Shown one piece after another: positions 1 through 8,237 of a stretch of DNA of 14,151 bases. The position numbers and the translations under genes were made by a program. Source of the DNA: Candidatus Krumholzibacteriia bacterium (GTDB taxonomy: Bacteria > Krumholzibacteriota > Krumholzibacteriia > WVZY01); the NCBI GenBank assembly GCA_046754105.1, contig JBHHVD010000079.1, positions 1 to 14,151 of the forward strand. The letters are read 5' to 3'. Within the stretch, counting starts at the first letter, position 1; each line of letters opens with the position of its first letter. The notes beneath the pieces were generated by a model. That model had not been told where the DNA came from. It ran no database searches and saw only the letters and a program-made list of their open reading frames with translations.

Positions 1-2
1 GG

Positions 3-998
3 GCGCGGCGCGCCGTAAGACATCCGCTGGTTGAACGGTATAGCAAGGATGTCATCTGCGTCCTTTCATCCAGTCCACCAGAATCGATCCACATTGCCTC
101 GGCCCAGATAGCCGAACGACTCGGCGTGACGTTATGCATCGACATGCGAGACGGTTGGCTTGATGAGCCGCTCAAGCCTTTGCTGCAACAACACGGACTG
201 CAAAGATGGCGGGAAGGGAGGTTAGAAAGGCGGGTGTTGACACGCGCCGATAAGATCATAGTTACATCTCCGATCTGGAAGGAGCTACTGGGGAGCAGGC
301 TGGGATTCACCGGCAAAAAAACGGTTCTTGTGACAAACGCCTACCCGTTGATTGAGAGCGACCGTGGGAATGAGGAGGATTTGGATTCGACAAAACGTAG
401 CGCGACGGCCCCGCGCCCGATTCATTTGGTTCACGCTGGCCGCTTCACCAGTTCGAGGTACACACAGAAACCAGGTTATATATTCAAACTGCTGGATGGA
501 GCGATAGAAAGATGGGGGAACGGAGGTGTAATTACGTTATTGGGAGACTTGGAAAGTGAAGAGCGAAAGGAGATTGGAAGTTGGAGAACTTCGTTTCAAG
601 ACAAAGGTTGGACATTGAAGTTTGAGCGGTCCGTACCACGAGAGCAAATGTTAACCACCCTGCGGCGGGCCGATGGACTGTTATTGCTTTCCATTGCAAG
701 AGCGGCAATACCGTGTAAGCTATTCGAATATATACCCGCAAGAAAACCGATATTGGCGGTAACAAGCGAGAATAGCGCAGTATGGTGTGTCGGAGGCGGC
801 GTGCCACAAATGTTTCTGGCAAGTTATGAAACGCCGCTGGATTCAACGAACGTGGTTGTCCGTTTTCTGGAAGCATGCAGGACGGGAAACTATGCTGCAG
901 ACGCACCGGATATCTACTCTGAAGTGTATCTAAAAAACGTTTTTATGAATGAGGTCGCGACCGGTTTTGCCGTGTCGGGCGCGCCGCATCAAAGATAG
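3..998 (+). CDS. Glycosyltransferase family 4 (GT-B fold), 5'-truncated by the window edge
   Basis: The frame of ORF 126..998 is open back to position 3 (ARRAVRHPLVERYSKDVICVLSSSPPESIH...). Motifs SSPPESIH, DMRDGW, VTNAY, HAGRF, ADGLLL and IPCKLFEYI match GT4 enzymes of polysaccharide loci. Confidence 0.8.
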   Translation, partial: ARRAVRHPLVERYSKDVICVLSSSPPESIHIASAQIAERLGVTLCIDMRDGWLDEPLKPLLQQHGLQRWREGRLERRVLTRADKIIVTSPIWKELLGSRLGFTGKKTVLVTNAYPLIESDRGNEEDLDSTKRSATAPRPIHLVHAGRFTSSRYTQKPGYIFKLLDGAIERWGNGGVITLLGDLESEERKEIGSWRTSFQDKGWTLKFERSVPREQMLTTLRRADGLLLLSIARAAIPCKLFEYIPARKPILAVTSENSAVWCVGGGVPQMFLASYETPLDSTNVVVRFLEACRTGNYAADAPDIYSEVYLKNVFMNEVATGFAVSGAPHQR

Positions 999-1978
999 TG
1001 ACGGGGCACTTTAGAACAACAATGGCATTGCCGACTCTGAATATTGTTATCGTAAACTGGAATTCGGGCGACCAACTACGTTGTTGCCTGGAGTCGATTC
1101 GCAACGCAAGTCGTAGCCGCTTCACGTTACAGAAGGTGGTCATTGTTGATAACGCGTCGACTGATGACTCTATGAGCACGATAAACGGGATGGAATTGCC
1201 CTTAAGAGTCATTCGCAATTCGGAGAACTTGGGATTCGCAACCGCTTGCAACCGAGGGGGGAGGCAAAGTGATGCTGACTATATACTTTTTTTGAACCCC
1301 GATACGCGGTTGTTCGAGAAGTCCCTTGACAGGCCGATTCGCTTTATGGAGATGAAAGGAAACGATCGTATTGGTATCTGCGGGATTCAGCTAATCGATG
1401 ACGAGACCAGAATCAGTCTTACCTGCGCGCGGTTTCCAACTCCGATTCAGTTTTTTAACAAGATGACAGGTCTGGACAGATTGGCGCCAAAGCGATTCAC
1501 GGGTCATTTCATGACGGATTGGAACCATAATGAAGACAGAATCGTCGATCAAGTAATCGGTGCGTTCTACCTGGTTCATGGACCGTTGTTCGAAAAATTG
1601 GGGGGATTTGACGAACGTTTTTTTGTCTATTTCGAGGATCTGGATTTTGCCTTTCGAGCATACGAGGCGGGCTGGACCAGTTATTACTTGGCTTCGGCAC
1701 AAGCCTTTCACAAGAGCGGCGGTATATCCCAGCAGATTCGAGCAAGACGAATGTTCTATTACCTGCGCAGTCGCATTCTGTACGGCTTTAAACATTTCGG
1801 TCCATGGGAAGCCAGGGGGCTGATGTTGGGCACGCTTGTGATAGAGCCGCTGATTCGATTGGCAGGCGCAGCAGGCCAGTTGTCGTGGAATGCAACACGC
1901 GAAGTTCTTAAGGCTTATTTTCTTCTCTATTCAGATGCTCCCCGTTTTCTTCGGGCGGCTCATAAACGAATGGCGTAG
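998..1978 (+). CDS. Glycosyltransferase family 2 (GT-A), WbbL/rhamnosyltransferase-like
   Basis: Motifs IVIVNWN, VDNASTD, NLGFATACN, FLNPD and GGFDERFFVYFEDLD. GTG at 998 overlaps the upstream TAG; ATG at 1022 is an alternative start. Confidence 0.9.
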   Translation: MTGHFRTTMALPTLNIVIVNWNSGDQLRCCLESIRNASRSRFTLQKVVIVDNASTDDSMSTINGMELPLRVIRNSENLGFATACNRGGRQSDADYILFLNPDTRLFEKSLDRPIRFMEMKGNDRIGICGIQLIDDETRISLTCARFPTPIQFFNKMTGLDRLAPKRFTGHFMTDWNHNEDRIVDQVIGAFYLVHGPLFEKLGGFDERFFVYFEDLDFAFRAYEAGWTSYYLASAQAFHKSGGISQQIRARRMFYYLRSRILYGFKHFGPWEARGLMLGTLVIEPLIRLAGAAGQLSWNATREVLKAYFLLYSDAPRFLRAAHKRMA

Positions 1979-2000
1979 AGACAAAAACCCCGGGCGGAAA

Positions 2001-3173
2001 GTGTTGGTGCGGGAAAACAAACTCACGGTGATCCAATCGGCCTCGCTCTGGCTGCCACAAACAGAGACCTGGCTCTACAACCAGGTGCGTTTCTTACCCA
2101 CGGACATCGAAAACCGGGTCGTCTGCGAAGACACACAGAACCTGGACCAGTTCCCAATTGCAAATCTCCACTCGCCTCACGACCTTCCACGGTGGCGATA
2201 CGTCTGGGATAAGGGGATCAGAAAACTCGGCTTCAGGCCGTATTTGTATTTTCTTGTCACTCAGGCGAGAACGTGCGGCGCGCTTCTTCTGCACTCTCAC
2301 TTCGGAAACCGGGGATGGCGGGATACGCGTGCCGCCCGACGCGCCGGAATCAAACACGTGGTGACGTTTTACGGTTTCGATGTGAATCGCCTGCCGACGG
2401 TGGAGCCGCGCTGGCTAGAGCGTTACCGGGAGCTGTTCGGCAATGTCGATTGCGTGCTCTGCGAGGGGCCTCACATGGCCAGAGCCGTGGCGGAGCTCGG
2501 TTGTCCGCAACGGAAGTTGCGCGTTCATCACCTGGGGGTATGTGTAGATGAGATCACTTTTGAACCCCGGGTATGGAGCCCTGACGAGCCCTTGCGCTTC
2601 CTCATCGCCGCTTCCTTCAGGGAAAAGAAGGGTATCCCGTACGCGATTGAAGCACTGGGACGGTTGCAGCACGAGCTATCGATAGAGCTCACCATCATTG
2701 GGGACTCGAGCGGCGAACCGACGAGCGAGGCGGAGAAGCGAAAGATCCTCGCCGGCCTGGAACGCCACAATCTTACCCCAAAGACCCGCCTGCTGGGTTA
2801 CCGACGGCATTCGGATCTTTTGAAAGAAGCCTACCGGCACCACGTATTCCTCGCCCCCAGTGTGACAGCTTCTGATGGAGATATCGAAGGCGGCGCACCG
2901 GTTTCGATCATTGAAATGTGCGCGACGGGGTTGCCCGTGGTGAGCACGAGGCATTGTGATATTCCAGGTATCATTATCGATGGAGAGACGGGGCTTCTGA
3001 CCGGGGAGCGCGATTCCGAGGGGCTGCTGCGGCAGATCCGGCGGCTGATCGAGCATCCGGAGAACTGGTCCGAATTGCTCGTCGCTGCTCGCAGGCACAT
3101 CGAAAAAGAATTCAACGCACGCACCCAAGCGGAGAAGTTGGCGGCGATTTATCGTGAACTGACGGCGGTATGA
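2001..3173 (+). CDS. Glycosyltransferase family 4, WcaL-like
   Basis: Motifs ETWLYNQ, HSHFG, TFYGFD, EKKG, PSVTASDGDIEG (compare WcaL PSVTGADGDMEG) and STRHCDIP. Start placed at GTG 2001 (or 2007) because 1890 would overlap the GT2 gene by about 90 nt. Confidence 0.85.
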   Translation: MLVRENKLTVIQSASLWLPQTETWLYNQVRFLPTDIENRVVCEDTQNLDQFPIANLHSPHDLPRWRYVWDKGIRKLGFRPYLYFLVTQARTCGALLLHSHFGNRGWRDTRAARRAGIKHVVTFYGFDVNRLPTVEPRWLERYRELFGNVDCVLCEGPHMARAVAELGCPQRKLRVHHLGVCVDEITFEPRVWSPDEPLRFLIAASFREKKGIPYAIEALGRLQHELSIELTIIGDSSGEPTSEAEKRKILAGLERHNLTPKTRLLGYRRHSDLLKEAYRHHVFLAPSVTASDGDIEGGAPVSIIEMCATGLPVVSTRHCDIPGIIIDGETGLLTGERDSEGLLRQIRRLIEHPENWSELLVAARRHIEKEFNARTQAEKLAAIYRELTAV

Positions 3174-3208
3174 CGATCGACACCCGGAACGGGCGCATTG
3201 CGTGGCCA

Positions 3209-3249
3209 TTAAGGAAACCCTCCGGCAGCTGGGATTCGCTGCCGAAGGG
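3209..3249 (-). terminator. Intrinsic terminator of tRNA-Leu; may also stop the convergent GT transcript
   Basis: Minus strand CCCTTCGGCAGC-GAATCCCA-GCTGCCGGAGGG (12-bp stem with one U-G wobble), followed by TTTCCTTAA. Confidence 0.7.
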
Positions 3250-3277
3250 CTCACCCCTACCCAATCGTATTTTTGGT

Positions 3278-3364
3278 TGGTGCCGAAGGGGGGATTCGAA
3301 CCCCCACGAGGTTGCCCTCACTGCGACCTGAACGCAGCGCGTCTGCCAATTCCACCACTTCGGC
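3278..3364 (-). tRNA. tRNA-Leu(CAG), 87 nt, long variable arm, CCA encoded
   Basis: Reverse complement GCCGAAG-TGGTGGAATTGGCAGACGCG-CTGCG TTCAGGT CGCAG-TGAGGGCAACCTCGT-GGGGG TTCGAAT CCCCC-CTTCGGC-ACCA. Confidence 0.97.
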
Positions 3365-3444
3365 ACCCGCAAAGCCAAGGTCTCGAGTGACTGGTGCTCG
3401 AAGCGTAAGTCGTATCCAACCTTGCGGCCGCTTCAACAACCAGC

Positions 3445-3473
3445 ACGTTAGCCCATCAACCCCGCAAAGTCAA
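3445..3473 (-). promoter_or_regulatory. Putative sigma70 promoter of tRNA-Leu
   Basis: Minus strand TTGACT (3473-3468), 17 nt, TAACGT (3450-3445), about 80 nt upstream of the tRNA. Confidence 0.55.
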
Positions 3474-3730
3474 CGGGATATTTTTGCCGTGCCGGCATGG
3501 TATCTGTTTCTTTAACTTAATTATTCATAACGAGTTTCGTCCTCCAGGCGGCCGCAATCGAGCCCGGAACGCCTGTTTCCACACGCCCCTGGGTGCGAAT
3601 AAGGTGGGTCACGTATATTGTTCCATGATAAACCATTAACCTCGGTTTACACGGATGCGCACGCCCCACGGTTCGTGACTTCAGACTATGCGCCGCATCG
3701 TTCGCTATATCTTAACCTCTTGAAAAAATG

Positions 3731-3759
3731 TTGCTTGGAAGATTCGGGAACCCCATAAT
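3731..3759 (+). promoter_or_regulatory. Putative sigma70 promoter giving a leaderless smpB mRNA
   Basis: TTGCTT (3731-3736), 17 nt, CATAAT (3754-3759), then 6 nt and ATG at 3766. No Shine-Dalgarno. Confidence 0.65.
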
Positions 3760-3765
3760 AGGCCC

Positions 3766-4215
3766 ATGAAAATCATCGTCTCCAACCGCAAGGCCCGCCA
3801 TGAATTCTCGGTGGTGGAGACCCTCGAGGCCGGTATCGCCCTCATGGGGACCGAGGTGAAATCGCTGCGCGAGGGGCGGGCCAACCTGACCGACGCCTAC
3901 GGCGTGCTCGAGCGCGGCCAAGTCGTCCTGCGGGGATTGCACATCAGCCCCTATTCGCATACGTCGCAGTCCGGCCTCGAGCCGAGGCGCGACCGCAAGC
4001 TCTTGCTTCACAAGCGGGAAATACGACGGTTGATCGGAAAGGTGCGGGAGAAGGGACTGACCCTGGTGCCGCTGAAACTGTATTTCAACGCCCGCGGCGT
4101 GGCCAAGGTCGAGCTGGCGCTTGCCAAGGGCAAGAAGACCTACGACAAGCGTCGCGACATCGCAAAGCGCGACGCAGACCGCGACCAGAGACGCGAGCTG
4201 AAGGAAAGAAGCTAG
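3766..4215 (+). CDS. smpB: SsrA-binding protein SmpB
   Basis: Motifs NRKARHEF, EAGIALMGTEVKSLR, RKLLLHKREI, TLVPLKLY and AKGKKTYDKR. Confidence 0.98.
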   Translation: MKIIVSNRKARHEFSVVETLEAGIALMGTEVKSLREGRANLTDAYGVLERGQVVLRGLHISPYSHTSQSGLEPRRDRKLLLHKREIRRLIGKVREKGLTLVPLKLYFNARGVAKVELALAKGKKTYDKRRDIAKRDADRDQRRELKERS

Positions 4216-4236
4216 CGCGCGCCGCGGAGATTTCCG

Positions 4237-4265
4237 TCGATAAAACGGGGAGCATTCTCTATATT
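4237..4265 (+). promoter_or_regulatory. Possible sigma70 promoter of the amidase operon
   Basis: TCGATA (4237-4242), 17 nt, TATATT (4260-4265) in an AT-rich patch. An alternative -10, TAAAAT, lies at 4272-4277. Confidence 0.35.
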
Positions 4266-4325
4266 GTACCGTAAAATTTGTGGGACATCGTGCGGCCCGA
4301 TGTGGGTGGCAGCGAGTTCGGCGAC

Positions 4326-4442
4326 TTTGGGGAGGGCTTGGGGGCTTGTCTCCGTCTCGCCGCCTGCTTCGCTCGGCTAGCCCGCTTCGCGGGCGGATCC
4401 GTAGCGAACGTTCCGTCGACAACCCCAAAGCCCACCTCTGGG
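4326..4442. repeat. Structured intergenic repeat, copy 1 (REP-like or structured RNA)
   Basis: Shares identical blocks GGGGGCTTGTCTCCGTC (4340-4356) and GCGAACGTTCCGTCGACAACCCC (4404-4426), plus GCTTCGCTC, with the copy at ~11210-11335. Ends are self-complementary; internal hairpin GCCCGC-TTC-GCGGGC at 4380-4394. Confidence 0.9.
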
Positions 4443-4500
4443 GCGAAGCGGTCAGTGCGCTGCCACGCGCATCGGACCACCGCCAATAATGAAGGGGACG

Positions 4501-6006
4501 ATGAAGCGTCTGAATATCATACTTCTGGTCTTAACCGCGGCGGCCGCGGCGGGCGGCGCGCGGGTGCAGGAGGCGATCGACGTCGTCTACAGCGACGGCC
4601 GCAGCTCGGAGGAGATCACCGCCTGGCAGGCGGACCCGGAGAGCGACGCGCTCTACCTGCGAGCGAGCGACGTGGCGCGCATCTTCCGGGCGACCCAGTT
4701 CTGGAACTCATCGAGCCGCAAGGTGGTGCTCGGCATCGAGCGCAAGCGGTTCACACTGACCGTCGACACGCGGGTCGTCGTGGTCGAGGGCGAACCGGTC
4801 ATGCTCAGAGAGCCCGTCCTCTACGAGGCCGGGTTCGTGATGATCCCGATGGAGTTCGTGCTCGACGTCGCATCGCCGTATACCCCCAGCGTCTTCGAGT
4901 GGGATCCCGTTTCGCGCACCCTGCACATCGAGAAGATCGGCTACAACGTCGAAGGCATCGCGTTTGCCGCCGCGGCGAATCGTTCGACGGCGACGATCGA
5001 TCTCACGGAACCCCTGCTGCACCACGTGGATTCCAGCACGCCGGGACTCATCCGGCTCAAGCTCTACGGCGGGCGCATCGACCCCGCGAAGTTCGAGATT
5101 CGCGAGAGGCACGGCCTCTTCAAAGGCGTGCGCGCGGAGCAGACCGACCGCGACGCGTACGTCTATTTCGATATCAAGACCGACGCATCGCGCATCCTGG
5201 TGGAGAGGGAAGCATCCCCGCCGAGGCTCGTACTGATACTGGAAAAGGGCGAGCTGCCCGAGATACCGGATCCCGACTTCGCCGGCCGCAAGGAAATCGA
5301 GATTATCGACCAGCACTCCGCCGAACGACGCGACCTGGCCATCCGCACCGTCGTGCTCGACCCGGGCCACGGCGGCAAGGACACGGGCAAGAGCGCGGCG
5401 AGCGGTCTCCAGGAGAAGGACGTCAACTTGCGTATCGCGCACAAGACGAGAGAACTCCTCGAAGACGAACTGGGAGTGGACGTCGTACTGACCCGTGAGG
5501 ACGACCGCCTGTTGTCCCTGATCGAGAGAACCGAGTTGGCCAACCGGTCAAACGGCGACGTCTTCATCAGCATCCACTGCAACAGCTGGTTCAGCACGGA
5601 AACGGGCGGGTTCGAGGCGTATTTTCTCTCGCCGGCGCGGACCGAGAGGGACCGCGCCGTCGCGATGGCGGAGAACGCGGCCGACGAATTCGTGGGACGT
5701 GACGTGACGAGCGACATAGACTTCATCCTGTGGGACATGGTGCAGAACGAATACATCAACGAGAGCAGCCTGCTTGCGGAATACACGCAAAAATCGATGA
5801 GCGAGCGGCTCGGAATCCGCAACCGGGGCGTCAAGCAGGCGAACTTCACCGTGCTGCAGGGCGCCCGCATGCCGGCGGTCTTGATAGAAACCGCTTTCCT
5901 CTCCAATTTCGAGGAGGCGTCGCTTCTGGGGAGCGACGATTTTCAGGAGAAAGTCGCGCGAGGGATCGTCGAAGCGGTCAAGAGATTCAAGCAGCGTTAC
6001 CAATAG
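4501..6006 (+). CDS. N-acetylmuramoyl-L-alanine amidase (Amidase_3, AmiA/B/C-like) with signal peptide and N-terminal stalk/AMIN-like domains
   Basis: Zinc and catalytic motifs VVLDPGHGG, EKDVNL, SIHCN and MPAVLIETAFLSN. Helix segment ARTERDRAVAMAENAA sits where the autoinhibitory helix lies in division amidases. Signal peptide MKRLNIILLVLTAAAAAG; SD-like GAAGGGG before ATG 4501. Confidence 0.93.
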   Translation: MKRLNIILLVLTAAAAAGGARVQEAIDVVYSDGRSSEEITAWQADPESDALYLRASDVARIFRATQFWNSSSRKVVLGIERKRFTLTVDTRVVVVEGEPVMLREPVLYEAGFVMIPMEFVLDVASPYTPSVFEWDPVSRTLHIEKIGYNVEGIAFAAAANRSTATIDLTEPLLHHVDSSTPGLIRLKLYGGRIDPAKFEIRERHGLFKGVRAEQTDRDAYVYFDIKTDASRILVEREASPPRLVLILEKGELPEIPDPDFAGRKEIEIIDQHSAERRDLAIRTVVLDPGHGGKDTGKSAASGLQEKDVNLRIAHKTRELLEDELGVDVVLTREDDRLLSLIERTELANRSNGDVFISIHCNSWFSTETGGFEAYFLSPARTERDRAVAMAENAADEFVGRDVTSDIDFILWDMVQNEYINESSLLAEYTQKSMSERLGIRNRGVKQANFTVLQGARMPAVLIETAFLSNFEEASLLGSDDFQEKVARGIVEAVKRFKQRYQ

Positions 6007-6027
6007 CCGCATGCCGGCGTGGACACG

Positions 6028-6630
6028 ATGGACAAACCGGACTTTCCAGACGACGGGCGCCTCGCTTCGAAGGGGGCATTGAAGGGAAGGCACCTGGTCG
6101 TAATCGCCCTCGTGGCGATCGCCGTCGGTGCGCTGGCCGTCTATTATTTTCAGGAGCGGCGGCGGGCGGACTGGCTGCCGAAGCCGAAGGATATCGTCAA
6201 GGTGCCGGAGGGCAGCCGCGCGGTGACGTTGTTCTTCGCGGACCCCGACGACCAGGCCCTGGTGACCGAGACGCGGCTGGTGGCCATCGGCAAGGAATAC
6301 GTCGAGCAAATCCGACAGGTCATCGACGCGCTGCTCGACGGGCCGGAGCACTCGGGTGTCAGCACGATCGCGGACAACACGCGGCTGCTAGATGCGTTCT
6401 ACGACCCGGAGGGCGCAACGATCTACCTGGACTTCACGAGCGAGATCGTCGCGGGGCACCCCGGGGGGAGTTCGGCCGAGTACTTTACGATCGCCGCGAT
6501 CGTTCGTACGGTATCGCAGAACTTTCCGGAAGTGCAAGCGGTGCAGGTCCTGGTCGAGGGATCGCAGGTCGGCACCATCGCCGGTCACATCGACGCATAC
6601 GCCCCGTTTGTCGTCGACGAGTGGCGGTAG
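6028..6630 (+). CDS. GerMN domain protein with N-terminal membrane anchor
   Basis: TM segment LVVIALVAIAVGALAVYYF. GerMN-type motifs VTLFFAD, LVTETR, ALLDGP, YLDF, GGSSAE..TI.AIV.T and VQVLVEG..V.TIAGHID. Start is 6019 (GTG) or 6028 (ATG). Confidence 0.85.
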   Translation: MDKPDFPDDGRLASKGALKGRHLVVIALVAIAVGALAVYYFQERRRADWLPKPKDIVKVPEGSRAVTLFFADPDDQALVTETRLVAIGKEYVEQIRQVIDALLDGPEHSGVSTIADNTRLLDAFYDPEGATIYLDFTSEIVAGHPGGSSAEYFTIAAIVRTVSQNFPEVQAVQVLVEGSQVGTIAGHIDAYAPFVVDEWR

Positions 6631-6643
6631 CAAAGGACGTAGC

Positions 6644-7441
6644 ATGACGAACAGCGGCGCCATAGGCGTTTTCGATTCGGGGATCGGCGGGCTGACCGTG
6701 CTGCGCGAGCTGCTCGAGCGCCTGCCGGCGGAGAACTTCGTGTATTTCGGCGACACGGCGCGTGTCCCGTACGGCAACAAGAGCTCGGAGACGGTGCTGA
6801 AGTTTTCACGCGAGAACGTCTCGTTCTTGATGGACCAGGGAGTCAAGTTCGTCGTCGTTGCCTGCAACACCGCCTCGGCCGAGGCGGTGCCGGTCCTGCA
6901 GGAGGAATTTCCCGTACCGCTCGTGGGCGTGATCGAACCGGGCGTACGCGCCGCCACGCGGGTGTCCAGGTCTTCGCGGATCGGCGTCATCGGTACCGCC
7001 GGCACCGTTCGCTCGGGCGCCTACCAGAAGGGAATCCAGACGATGGCGCCGAAGGCCCGGGTCACCGCCAGGGCATGCCCTCTGTTCGTACCGCTGGTCG
7101 AGGAAGGGTGGATCGACGGCGACGTTACCCGCGCGGTGGCGGAACGCTACCTCGGCGCGTACCGCGAGGAGTCGATCGACGTTCTCGTCCTGGGGTGCAC
7201 GCATTACCCGCTGCTGCGAGGTGTGATCTCCGATGTGCTGGGTGCGGGCGTCACGCTCGTCGATTCCGCGGTGGAGACGGCCGACGAGGTCGGGCGGCGG
7301 CTGCGGGAGACGGGGATGGAGCGCGAAGGCGCGGGCGGGGAGTTTTCGGTATTCTTAAGCGACATCGCGCCCAACTTCAAGGAAGTGGGAGAACGAATTC
7401 TCGGCAGGGCGATCCCCGACGTGCACCTATTGAGTGTTTGA
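6644..7441 (+). CDS. murI: Glutamate racemase
   Basis: [22 protein letters not shown], and both catalytic Cys motifs ACNTAS and LGCTHY. SD AAAGGA precedes ATG 6644. Confidence 0.98.
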   Translation: MTNSGAIGVFDSGIGGLTVLRELLERLPAENFVYFGDTARVPYGNKSSETVLKFSRENVSFLMDQGVKFVVVACNTASAEAVPVLQEEFPVPLVGVIEPGVRAATRVSRSSRIGVIGTAGTVRSGAYQKGIQTMAPKARVTARACPLFVPLVEEGWIDGDVTRAVAERYLGAYREESIDVLVLGCTHYPLLRGVISDVLGAGVTLVDSAVETADEVGRRLRETGMEREGAGGEFSVFLSDIAPNFKEVGERILGRAIPDVHLLSV

Positions 7442-7466
7442 ACGGGGCCAACGGAAAGGCACGCAC

Positions 7467-8168
7467 ATGCGAAACGAAGGCAGGGTCTCCGACGCGAAGA
7501 GACCGGTCACGATCCAACGTGGTTACCTCAAGAACGCGGAAGGCTCGGCGCTGATCGAGATGGGAAACACGCGGGTGATCTGCTCGGCGACCGTCGACGA
7601 CGGCGTGCCGAGGTTTCTGTATGGAAAAGGCGAGGGGTGGCTGACGGCCGAGTACGGCATGCTGCCCCGTTCATCGCACCAGCGCATCATGCGCGAGGCC
7701 GTGCGGGGCCGCGGCGGCCGCACGCACGAGATCCAGCGCCTCATCGGCAGGAGCCTGCGCGCGGCCACCCAGCTCAACCTCCTCGGCGAGGTTACGGTCA
7801 TCATCGACTGCGACGTCCTCGAGGCGGACGGCGGAACGCGCTGCGCGTCGATCACCGGTGGTTGCGTGGCGCTATACGACGCCCTGACCCGGCTCAACAT
7901 GAACACGCACCCGATGAACTTCCTGGTATCCGCCATCAGCATCGGCGTGGTCGAGGGAAATATCCTGCTCGATCTCGATTACCGCGAGGACTCGAGCGCC
8001 GACGTCGATCTCAACGTCGTAATGAGCGAGAGCGGGGCGTTCATCGAGATACAGGGAACGGCGGAAAAGGTGCCGTTCACCGACGAACAGCTGCAGCAGA
8101 TGCTGGCACTCGCCCGCAAGGGGTGCATGGAGCTCTTCGACGCGCAGAAAGAGGCGCTCGGTATCTAG
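7467..8168 (+). CDS. rph: Ribonuclease PH
   Basis: Motifs [52 protein letters not shown] and EIQGTAE. GGAAAGG precedes ATG 7467. Confidence 0.98.
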   Translation: MRNEGRVSDAKRPVTIQRGYLKNAEGSALIEMGNTRVICSATVDDGVPRFLYGKGEGWLTAEYGMLPRSSHQRIMREAVRGRGGRTHEIQRLIGRSLRAATQLNLLGEVTVIIDCDVLEADGGTRCASITGGCVALYDALTRLNMNTHPMNFLVSAISIGVVEGNILLDLDYREDSSADVDLNVVMSESGAFIEIQGTAEKVPFTDEQLQQMLALARKGCMELFDAQKEALGI

Positions 8169-8237
8169 GGCCCGCGCGAACCGCGGGACCCCGCGGCAGG
8201 ACGCGCGCCCCGTCGTCGAAGGCGCCGGTTACCATTC

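Noticed and set aside
4216..4500. tmRNA (ssrA) after smpB
   Set aside because: No tRNA-Ala-like acceptor or T-arm with CCA, and no tag reading frame. The structured part recurs at 11210-11335, so it is a dispersed repeat.
4278..5498. 406-aa + ORF and other long alternate-frame or antisense ORFs (e.g. 3712-4428, 5730-6647, 9013-9903, 9702-10580, 10626-11315)
   Set aside because: Arg/Gly/Pro-rich shadow frames of confidently identified genes, expected in high-GC DNA. The shared peptide RRDGDKPPSPPQ in two minus ORFs is just the translated repeat.
6392..6643. N-terminal extensions of murI (from 6392), GT4 (1890), ABC ATPase (8896), rph (7434) and AKR (11514)
   Set aside because: They overlap upstream genes or lack family similarity. 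Downstream starts fit the family N-termini, and most have SD motifs.
8168..8237. Terminator hairpin after rph, and a leaderless start for rdgB (TACCAT at 8230-8235)
   Set aside because: The GC hairpin has no U-tract, and TACCAT ends only 2 nt before the ATG, too close for a canonical leaderless start.
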